Part shown: positions 39,856 through 47,178 of the stretch, in pieces | How the letters are laid out: each line of letters opens with the position of its first letter | How positions within the stretch are numbered: position 1 is the stretch's first letter | Source of the DNA: Anaerolineales bacterium | GTDB taxonomy: Bacteria > Chloroflexota > Anaerolineae > Anaerolineales > DRMV01 | DNA length: 64,000 nucleotides | Direction of reading: 5' to 3' | Assembly (NCBI GenBank): GCA_027023425.1 | Contig: JALVVL010000004.1 | Coordinates: forward strand, 214-64,213 | Notes under the pieces: model-generated | Databases searched by the model: none | Told to the model about the DNA's origin: nothing | What the model saw: the letters and a program-made list of their open reading frames with translations, nothing else | Program-made: the position numbers and the translations under genes

Positions 39856-40758
39856 GCTCAAAGTCAAAGTAACCCAATCTTTCTGCTGGAGGCGGTTTGT
39901 GAGGGTGAGGCCGGCGTGGTGGGCGGCGGAGAGTACATCCTCGGCCTGGTAGTCCAAAATGCCGCTGAGCACAAGATGCCCGTGCGGGGCGAGCAGGTCG
40001 GCAAGCCTTTCTTCGTCCAGCAAGCGCACCAAAATCGGCGCGAGGATGTTGGCGAGCACAATGGGCGCGCGGCGCAGGCTTTTGTCTGCGCGCCGGATTG
40101 CCTCCACCGAGCCGACGGCAAGGCGCAGACGGTCTGCCACGTCGTTGCGGCGGGCGTTTTCACGCGCCACCTCCACTGCCTGCGGGTCGGTATCCACCCC
40201 AAAAGCCGCCGCCGCGCCCAGTTTCAGCGCCGCGATGCTCAAAATGCCGCTGCCACAGCCCACATCAAGCACAAGTTCGCCGCCACGCACCAGCCGTTCC
40301 ACCTCTTGCAGGCACATTTGGGTTGTGGGATGGGTGCCGGTGCCAAAAGCAGTGCTCGGGTCTATGAAAATCGGGGTGCGGTCGGGGCGGGGATTTTCCA
40401 TCCACGCGGGCACAATTATCAGCCGCTTGCCGATTGGGATGGGGTGGTAGTTGCGCTTCCAAGCCTCTGCCCAGTTTTCCTCTTCAACGATGCGCCACTC
40501 GGCTTTGGGCAAAGGGCTGATGATGCCCAAATGCCACAGCGCCTGCTCAATTGCCGCGCGGGTCTCGTCCAGTTTCTCATCCACAGGCAAATAGGCGACA
40601 ACGCGCACTGGGCCGGTCGGCACGCCCTCGCCATCGGGCTGGTCGGCTATCGTGGTAGATTCTACCACCACCTTGCCCGGCGCAAAGCGGGAAAGCACAT
40701 CGGCAACTGCCTCGGCAAGTTCGCCGTCAAGTGTGAGTGAAACTTCCATCCAGCGCAT
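39835..40758 (-). CDS. prmA: ribosomal protein L11 methyltransferase
   Basis: AFGTGTHPTT, LDVGCGSGIL, ANIL, LSGIL; follows dnaJ. Confidence 0.95.
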   Translation of the reverse strand: MRWMEVSLTLDGELAEAVADVLSRFAPGKVVVESTTIADQPDGEGVPTGPVRVVAYLPVDEKLDETRAAIEQALWHLGIISPLPKAEWRIVEEENWAEAWKRNYHPIPIGKRLIIVPAWMENPRPDRTPIFIDPSTAFGTGTHPTTQMCLQEVERLVRGGELVLDVGCGSGILSIAALKLGAAAAFGVDTDPQAVEVARENARRNDVADRLRLAVGSVEAIRRADKSLRRAPIVLANILAPILVRLLDEERLADLLAPHGHLVLSGILDYQAEDVLSAAHHAGLTLTNRLQQKDWVTLTLSRQGRQG

Positions 40759-40761
40759 GGG

Positions 40762-41901
40762 CTACCCGAGCAGGTCTTTCAGGCGGTCTAACAAACTGCG
40801 ACTTTGGGGGCGCACCTCGGTTCCGAGGCTTTTTGCCAGTTCTTCAAGCAGTTCACGCTGATGGGCGTTCAAGCGGCGGGGCACTTCCACGTTGATAATC
40901 ACAATTTGGTCGCCGCGGCCGGGGCGTTGCAGGTGCGGCACGCCCTTGCCGCGCAGGCGGAAAATCTGCCCGGGCTGGGTGCCGGCGGGGATGTTCAACT
41001 CCTCCTCGCCGTCAACCGTGGGGACTTTGACCGTTGCGCCCAGCGCGGCTTGGGCGATGTTGATGTTTAGCGTGAGCACAATGTCGTCGCCGCGGCGCTG
41101 GAAGAATTTGTGCGGCTTGACGCGGATTTTGATGTAGAGGTCGCCGCGCGGCCCGCCGTTTTCGCCCAGTTCGCCCTCGCCCGCAATGCGGATTTGCGTG
41201 CCCGTGTCCACGCCCGCGGGGATGGACACCTTCTTGCGGATGGTTTTAGAGACCGCGCCGCGCCCGTGGCAGGTTGGGCAGGGGTTAGTGATGACCTCGC
41301 CCGTGCCTTGACAGGTGGGGCAGACGGTCTCCTGAACCATTGTGCCGAAGAAAGTGGAGCGCGTTTGCCGCACCACGCCGCTTCCGTGGCAGGTTGGGCA
41401 GGTTTGCGGGCGGGTGCCGGGCGCGGCTCCGGTGCCGTGGCAGGTTGGGCAGACTTCTTGACGCGTGAATTGCACCTCTTTTTCCGCGCCAAAGACGGCT
41501 TCTTCAAAATTGAGCGTGAGGGTGATTTGGATGTCGCGGCCGCGGCGGGGGCGCTTTGTCGTGGAGCGACTGCGCCACGCGCGCCCAAATCCGCCCATCC
41601 CAAACAGTTCTTCAAACAGGTCGGCAAAATCGCCAAAGCCGAAATCGCGCGCTCCACCAAAGCCGGAGCCGACGTCGCCTCGGCCAACTCCGGCGTGCCC
41701 GAAGCGGTCGTAGGCGGCGCGCTTCTGCGGGTCAGAAAGCACGGCGTAGGCTTCGTTGATTTCTTTGAAACGCTCTTCGGCGTCGGGATGCTTGCTGACG
41801 TCGGGGTGGTATTCGCGCGCCAGCCGCCTGAACGCCGCTTTGATTTCCTCTTGCGTCGCCGTGCGAGAAACGCCTAAAATTTCGTAGTAGTCACGCGGCA
41901 T
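40762..41901 (-). CDS. dnaJ: chaperone DnaJ
   Basis: HPD J-domain, G/F region, four CxxCxGxG repeats. Confidence 0.98.
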   Translation of the reverse strand: MPRDYYEILGVSRTATQEEIKAAFRRLAREYHPDVSKHPDAEERFKEINEAYAVLSDPQKRAAYDRFGHAGVGRGDVGSGFGGARDFGFGDFADLFEELFGMGGFGRAWRSRSTTKRPRRGRDIQITLTLNFEEAVFGAEKEVQFTRQEVCPTCHGTGAAPGTRPQTCPTCHGSGVVRQTRSTFFGTMVQETVCPTCQGTGEVITNPCPTCHGRGAVSKTIRKKVSIPAGVDTGTQIRIAGEGELGENGGPRGDLYIKIRVKPHKFFQRRGDDIVLTLNINIAQAALGATVKVPTVDGEEELNIPAGTQPGQIFRLRGKGVPHLQRPGRGDQIVIINVEVPRRLNAHQRELLEELAKSLGTEVRPQSRSLLDRLKDLLG

Positions 41902-41919
41902 TTGGGACTCCCGAAGGGG

Positions 41920-42007
41920 GTGTCAGGTGATTTAGTGATGCAGTGATGCCCTGATGCCCTGATGCAGTGTTCCAGTGTTCCGGTGTTTCGGTGCTACGGT
42001 GTTCCGG
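41920..42007. repeat. octamer-period repeat
   Basis: GTGATGCA/CTGATGCC/GTGTTCCA/GTGTTCCG run; related stretch at 5961..5989 in opposite orientation. Confidence 0.8.
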
Positions 42008-43804
42008 TCAGGCGGTGGGGTTGAGGGCGCGGAGGGCGGCGTAAAGTTCGTTGAGCGCGGCACGGATTTGCTCGGCATCGGCGTTTTCGTCTTCGGCAAG
42101 CGACCTCACGGCTTGCATTTTCTCCTCAACTGCCGAGCGCGCCTCCGCACTCGCCCCCTCGCCCACGGCTTCCAGCGCCTTTTCAGCCTGAAAAACCGCC
42201 TGCTCCGCTTCGTTGACGGCTTCAATGCGCTCTTTACGCCGCCGGTCTTCTTCGGCGTGCTTTGCCGCTTCTTTTTGCATTTGCTTGATTTCGTCCTCGC
42301 TCAGTCCCGAAGAAGCCGTGATGGTGATGTGCTGGGCGCGCCCCGTGCTTTGGTCTTTTGCCGTCACTTTGAGGATGCCGTTTGCGTCCACGTCAAACGT
42401 AACCTCAATGCGGGGCACGCCGCGCGGCGCAGGCGGAATCCCATCCAAAATGAAGCGCCCAAGGGATTTGTTGTCCTTTGCCAGCGGGCGTTCGCCCTGC
42501 ACGATGTGGATTTCAACCTGAGTTTGGTTGTCGGTGGCGGTGGAAAAGACTTGGCTTTGGCGGGTCGGAATTGTGGTGTTGCGTGGGATGATGGGCGTGG
42601 CAATGCCGCCCAAGGTTTCAATTGAGAGCGTCAGCGGGATAACGTCCAAAAGCAAAATGTCGGTAACTTCGCCCGCAAGCACGCCAGCCTGCACCGCGGC
42701 GCCCATCGCCACTACTTCGTCGGGGTTCACGCCTTTGTGCGGCTCTTTGCCGAAAAATTGGGCGACCGCGCGCTGAATGGCTGGCATCCGCGTCATGCCG
42801 CCCACCAAAATCACTTGGTCAACCTGTTCGGCTTTGAGACCGGCATCCTTCAGCGCCTCGCGCACCGGCCCAAGTGTGCGCTCAATCAGGTCGGCGGTGA
42901 GTTGCTCCAGTTTGGCGCGGGTGATGGTGATTGCCAAATGCTTCGGCCCGGAGGGTGTGATGGTGATGTAAGGCAGGTTGATTTCGGTCTGGGCAAGGGT
43001 AGAAAGTTCCTTTTTGGCTTTTTCGGCGGCGTCTTTCAGGCGTTGCAGGGCTTGGCGGTCTTCGCGCAGGTCAATGCCCTCGGCTTTGCGAAATTCCTCC
43101 AGCAGGTATTCCATCAGGCGGCGGTCAAAGTCATCGCCGCCCAAGAAAGTATCGCCGCTGGTGGAAATGACCTTGAAAATGCCCTCACCGGCTTCCAGAA
43201 TGGAAATGTCAAACGTGCCGCCGCCGAGGTCGTAAACGGCAATGATTTCGTTAGCGTTGCGGTCAAGCCCGTAGGCCAAAGCAGAGGCGGTTGGCTCGTT
43301 GATGATGCGGAGCACTTCTAAGCCGGCGATGCGCCCCGCGTCTTTGGTGGCGTTGCGTTGAGCGTCGTTGAAGTAGGCGGGCACGGTAATCACTGCCTGC
43401 GTAACCGGCTCGCCGAGGTAAGCCTCCGCGTCGGCTTTGATTTTTTGCAAAATCATCGCCGAGATTTCGGGCGGGGCGTATTCCCTTCCGCCCATGAGCA
43501 CGCGCACATCGCCGTTTGGGGCGGCAGTGATTTTGTAGGGGATGTGCTCGCGGGCGCGCTGGACTTCGGGGTCGTCGTATTTGCGCCCCATAAAGCGCTT
43601 GACTGAGAAAATGGTGTTTTCGGGGTTGATGATGGCTTGGTTGCGCGCCACGCGCCCCACCAGCCGCTCGCCGTTTTTGATTGCCACAACCGAGGGCACA
43701 AGGCGCTCGCCTTCCGCCGAAGGGATGACGGTCGGCTCGCCGCCTGCCATCACCGCCGCCACCGAGTTGGTCGTGCCCAAGTCAATGCCGATGACTTTGC
43801 TCAT
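42008..43804 (-). CDS. dnaK: chaperone DnaK
   Basis: [32 protein letters not shown]. Confidence 0.98.
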   Translation of the reverse strand: MSKVIGIDLGTTNSVAAVMAGGEPTVIPSAEGERLVPSVVAIKNGERLVGRVARNQAIINPENTIFSVKRFMGRKYDDPEVQRAREHIPYKITAAPNGDVRVLMGGREYAPPEISAMILQKIKADAEAYLGEPVTQAVITVPAYFNDAQRNATKDAGRIAGLEVLRIINEPTASALAYGLDRNANEIIAVYDLGGGTFDISILEAGEGIFKVISTSGDTFLGGDDFDRRLMEYLLEEFRKAEGIDLREDRQALQRLKDAAEKAKKELSTLAQTEINLPYITITPSGPKHLAITITRAKLEQLTADLIERTLGPVREALKDAGLKAEQVDQVILVGGMTRMPAIQRAVAQFFGKEPHKGVNPDEVVAMGAAVQAGVLAGEVTDILLLDVIPLTLSIETLGGIATPIIPRNTTIPTRQSQVFSTATDNQTQVEIHIVQGERPLAKDNKSLGRFILDGIPPAPRGVPRIEVTFDVDANGILKVTAKDQSTGRAQHITITASSGLSEDEIKQMQKEAAKHAEEDRRRKERIEAVNEAEQAVFQAEKALEAVGEGASAEARSAVEEKMQAVRSLAEDENADAEQIRAALNELYAALRALNPTA

Positions 43805-43823
43805 TACCGCCGCCTTCCTTTTT

Positions 43824-43978
43824 TAGGACTTACGCAGTTGCCCGTAGAAGCGCTTGTTTTCGTGTCATGGCGAGCCGCCGTAGGCGGCGAAGCCATCCCC
43901 CAGATGATCGGGGAGGCCGCTTCGGCGGTCGTAGACCGCCGGAGCGGCGACAAAAGGGGGAGAACTGCGTAACTCTTA
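43824..43978. mobile_element. ~155-bp MITE, copy 3
   Basis: AGGACTTACGCAG...CTGCGTAACTCT; CTTTTT on both flanks. Confidence 0.85.
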
Positions 43979-43983
43979 CTTTT

Positions 43984-44613
43984 TTATTGCGCCACCCGCA
44001 CCAACGCGGGGCGGATTACCTGATCGCCAATCATGTAGCCGCGGCGAAGCACCTCAATGATTTGCTCGCTTTCGTGCTCGTCGTGCGGCTCGTGCGAAAT
44101 GGCTTCGTGGTAGCGCGGGTCAAACTGCATCCCCGGCTCTGCCGGTATTGGCTTGATGCCCTCCGATTCCAAAATGTTGAGCATTTTGCGGTAAATCAGT
44201 TCAATGCCTTTAGCCCATTCCGCACCCGCGCCCTCGGTCGGTTTGTTTTTGAGGGCGAGTTCCAAATCATCCAGCACTTCAAGGTAACGCTTGATGATGC
44301 TGATGAGGAGTTCGCGGCGGGTTTGCTCGCGCTGTTGCTCCACGCGGCGGCGGTAATTGTCAAAGGCGGCGCGCTCGCGTTGCCATCCTTCAAGGTATTC
44401 CTGCGCCTGCGAACGCGATTCGTCCAATGCTTTTTGCAATTCTTCCACCGTAATTTCCTCCTCGGTGGATTCGGCGCTTTGGGCTTCGGCCTCAGCCGCC
44501 TCTTCTGCGGCTTGGATTTCAACCTCCGCGGCTTCCGCCTGCGCCTCTTCATCCACCGTAATTTTTATTTCTTTTGGCTCTTTGCCGTTGTTGTTTGCCT
44601 TTTTGCGTGCCAT
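43984..44613 (-). CDS. grpE: nucleotide exchange factor GrpE
   Basis: AAFDNYRRR, FDPRYHEA, GYMIGDQVIRPALV. Confidence 0.97.
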   Translation of the reverse strand: MARKKANNNGKEPKEIKITVDEEAQAEAAEVEIQAAEEAAEAEAQSAESTEEEITVEELQKALDESRSQAQEYLEGWQRERAAFDNYRRRVEQQREQTRRELLISIIKRYLEVLDDLELALKNKPTEGAGAEWAKGIELIYRKMLNILESEGIKPIPAEPGMQFDPRYHEAISHEPHDEHESEQIIEVLRRGYMIGDQVIRPALVRVAQ

Positions 44614-44637
44614 TGCGTTTCCTCCTTTTCGGTTGTT

Positions 44638-45146
44638 GAAACCGCAGATTTCATAGAAAGTATCCACAGATTACACAGATTTGCACCGATTGAAGAAAAG
44701 AAACCACAGAAAACACAGAAACACCACAGAGAACACAGAAAAATTTCCTTTGCGCTCTTTGCGCCTTTGCTTTCTCTACGTCTCTGCGTTACCCTTGGCG
44801 TCCTTTGCGTTACCCTTGGCGCCCTTGGCGTCAACCTCTTTGTGTTCTCTGCGCCTTTGTGTTTCTCTGCGTCTCTGCGTTACCATCCACCGATTGACAC
44901 AGATTTGCACCGATTTCAAGGAACACCCGCAAATCCTAAATCGCTAATCTTCTCCTCTGTGCTAATCTGTGTAATCTGTGGTTTTTATCCTTGGCGTCCT
45001 TTGGGTTTCTTGGCGCCCTTGGCGTCCTTATCATCCACCGATTGACACAGATTTACACCGATTGAAGAAAAAACCACAGAGAACGCAGAAATTTACAGAG
45101 AACACAGAAAAAATCTGCGCTAATCTGTGTAATCTGTGGTTTTCAT
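44638..45146. repeat. mosaic micro-repeat array
   Basis: Same module set; lies between hrcA and grpE. Confidence 0.9.
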
Positions 45147-46210
45147 CACTCCGCCAAGGTTTCGGTAACCAAGTCGCTCAGCAAGCGCGCCACGAAGCGC
45201 ACGGTGGGGATGGCGCGGCTGTAAGCCATCCGCATTGGGCCAACGACGCCCAGCACGCCGGTTGCCAGCCCCTGAGCGCCGTAGCGCGCCAGCACAACCG
45301 AGCAGTCGCGCAATTCTTCCATTTCGCCGCCGCCCACAAGCACCTGCACGCTCCCCACCTCGGCGTTGGCGATCACATTAGTGAGCAGGCGCTCAAGCAG
45401 TTGGCGCTCTTCAAGCACACGCAGGGCGCGCCGCGCCGCCGGTGAATTGGCAAACTCTGGCTCGCTGAGCACCTGAGTGATGCCAGCGCGGTACACCTCT
45501 TCGGCGATGCTACCCGCAGTTGCCCGCAACTCATCCTGTACAACATCAAGCACCAAAGCCTCCAACCCATCCTCGGGTTTGGGAATGGCGGCGAGTTGGT
45601 CGGCGGTTTTGCCTGCGCAAAGGCGGTTGATTTTATCGGCAACTGCGCTAAGCCGCTCCTGCGAAACCGCCGTTTCCAGATGGAGCACCCGCTCACGGAT
45701 TTCGCCGCCCACCAGCACCAGCACAAAAAGCGCCTGACGGCTGCGCAGGCTGAGCAGTTCCAAATGCTTGTAGCGCGCCTGTTCGGGATGGGGAGAAGTG
45801 ACAAGCGCCGCGCTTCGCGCCTGACGGGCTAACACTGAAGCCGCGAGGCGCATCCATTGGTCAATGTCGTCCTGCGCTTGGTAAAACTGGTGGGCGATGG
45901 TGTGGCGCACCGCGGGCGGAAGTTCGGCATTGCCAATGAGGCGGCTCACGAAATAGCGGTAGCCCTTTTCGGTGGGGACGCGCCCGGCAGAGGTGTGCGG
46001 CTGTTGCAAATAGCCCAACCGCATGAGCGCCGCGAGTTCATTCCGCACGGTGGCCGCGCTAAAGCCAAGGTTGTACCGCTCAACCAGCCGCCGCGAGGCA
46101 ACCGGCTGCGCGGTGTCAACATATTCCCGCACAGCCAGCGCGAGGATAAATTTTTGGCGCTCGGTGAGTTCTTCACCGGGCGGGGGGGTGTTTTTCCTGC
46201 GCGGCGACAT
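45146..46210 (-). CDS. hrcA: heat-inducible transcription repressor
   Basis: SAATVRNE, QPHTSAGRVPT.KGYR, GVVGPMRMAY. Confidence 0.97.
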   Translation of the reverse strand: MSPRRKNTPPPGEELTERQKFILALAVREYVDTAQPVASRRLVERYNLGFSAATVRNELAALMRLGYLQQPHTSAGRVPTEKGYRYFVSRLIGNAELPPAVRHTIAHQFYQAQDDIDQWMRLAASVLARQARSAALVTSPHPEQARYKHLELLSLRSRQALFVLVLVGGEIRERVLHLETAVSQERLSAVADKINRLCAGKTADQLAAIPKPEDGLEALVLDVVQDELRATAGSIAEEVYRAGITQVLSEPEFANSPAARRALRVLEERQLLERLLTNVIANAEVGSVQVLVGGGEMEELRDCSVVLARYGAQGLATGVLGVVGPMRMAYSRAIPTVRFVARLLSDLVTETLAE

Positions 46211-46226
46211 TTCCTCTCCAGATATT

Positions 46227-46253
46227 TTAGCACTCTCGGCCAGCGAGTGCTAA
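46227..46253. promoter_or_regulatory. CIRCE operator
   Basis: Perfect TTAGCACTC-N9-GAGTGCTAA just upstream of hrcA. Confidence 0.97.
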
Positions 46254-46266
46254 CATTTGCGCTTCT

Positions 46267-46296
46267 ATCATACCACATCTGTCAAGGGGGCGTCAA
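46267..46296 (-). promoter_or_regulatory. sigma70-type promoter of the hrcA operon
   Basis: TTGACG-18 bp-TATGAT with TGn extension. Confidence 0.7.
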
Positions 46297-46313
46297 CAAA
46301 ATCCGGCGCTTCC

Positions 46314-46342
46314 TTGACACCACAGCCCACCTCAATTAAAAT
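46314..46342 (+). promoter_or_regulatory. sigma70-type promoter of the tRNA pair
   Basis: TTGACA-17 bp-TAAAAT. Confidence 0.8.
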
Positions 46343-46360
46343 CGGCGTGCTCGTAAATAG

Positions 46361-46433
46361 GGGCCTGTAGCGCAGTTGGGAGCGCGCTTCAATCGCACTG
46401 AAGAGGTCGCGGGTTCGAATCCCGCCAGGTCCA
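46361..46433 (+). tRNA. tRNA-Ala(CGC)
   Basis: GGGCCTG/CAGGTCC acceptor with G3:U70; CTTCA-ATCGCAC-TGAAG anticodon arm; GGTTCGAATCC; CCA not encoded. Confidence 0.95.
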
Positions 46434-46481
46434 CTTGGTGGACAAATCCGCCCAGGGATGATAAAATTCACCAAAACTAAT

Positions 46482-46554
46482 GGGCCCATGGCGCAGTTGG
46501 GAGCGCGTCTCAATGGCATTGAGAAGGTCGAGGGTTCGAGTCCCTCTGGGTCCA
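46482..46554 (+). tRNA. tRNA-Ala(GGC)
   Basis: GGGCCCA/TGGGTCC acceptor with G3:U70; TCTCA-ATGGCAT-TGAGA; GGTTCGAGTCC. Confidence 0.95.
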
Positions 46555-46605
46555 CCTCCAAGCACCCGGTCCCTGCGCCGGGTGTTCTGTTCGTAGCAGA
46601 AGTGC

Positions 46606-46703
46606 GATCTGTGGCCTTCATCCACCGTTTGAAAAACACAGAAGCCACAGAAACTTACAGAAAACACAGAATTTTTCCAATCTGCGTAATCTGTGGTTTT
46701 TTC
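46606..46703. repeat. short mosaic micro-repeat
   Basis: ATCCACCG, CACAGAA and AATCTGCGTAATCTGTGG modules. Confidence 0.8.
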
Positions 46704-46966
46704 TTAGCAGGAGTAGTAAGCCATCGGCACAGCGAGCCGGGGAGGGTGTGAGCCCGGCGCAGGTGCCCTTGCCGAGCGCCACAAGGCTGAACTCGCCTGC
46801 GGCCTCTCCGTTGGAGGGGCTTCCCCGCCGGTGAACCGCGAGGCTAATCGGCGGCGGGTGCGCCCGTTATCGCGCCCCCGAGGGGCCGCGCACAGCCGCG
46901 CGGCAATCAGGGTGGTACCGCGGAGGTCAAGCCTTCGTCCCTGTTGGGGCGAAGGCTTTTTCTTTT
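46704..46966 (+). promoter_or_regulatory. T-box riboswitch (Leu) with terminator
   Basis: AGTAGTAAGCC...GGCTGAA-CTC specifier (Leu); AATCAGGGTGGTACCGCG T-box; AAGCCTTCG...CGAAGGCTT + T-run. Confidence 0.92.
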
Positions 46967-47121
46967 TGGGAGTTACGCAGTTCGCCTCCTTCATGTCGCC
47001 GCGAGGTGGTTGTAGACCGCCGAAGCGGTCTCCCCCATCATCTGGGGGATGGCTTCGCCGTCTACGGCGGCTCGCCATGACATGAAAACGGGCGCTTCTA
47101 CGAGTAACTGCGTAAGCCCTA
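46967..47121. mobile_element. ~155-bp MITE, copy 4 (reverse orientation)
   Basis: GGAGTTACGCAG...CTGCGTAAGCCCT; flanks TTTCTTTT / CTTCTTTC (degenerate duplication). Confidence 0.85.
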
Positions 47122-47178
47122 CTTCTTTCAAAAGCACCGAAACACTGACTCGCCTAACCACAAAAACCGGAGGTCGCC

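Noticed and set aside
46361-46620. Prophage or island integrated at tRNA-Ala
   Set aside because: No integrase, and I saw no duplicated tRNA 3' end elsewhere in the window.
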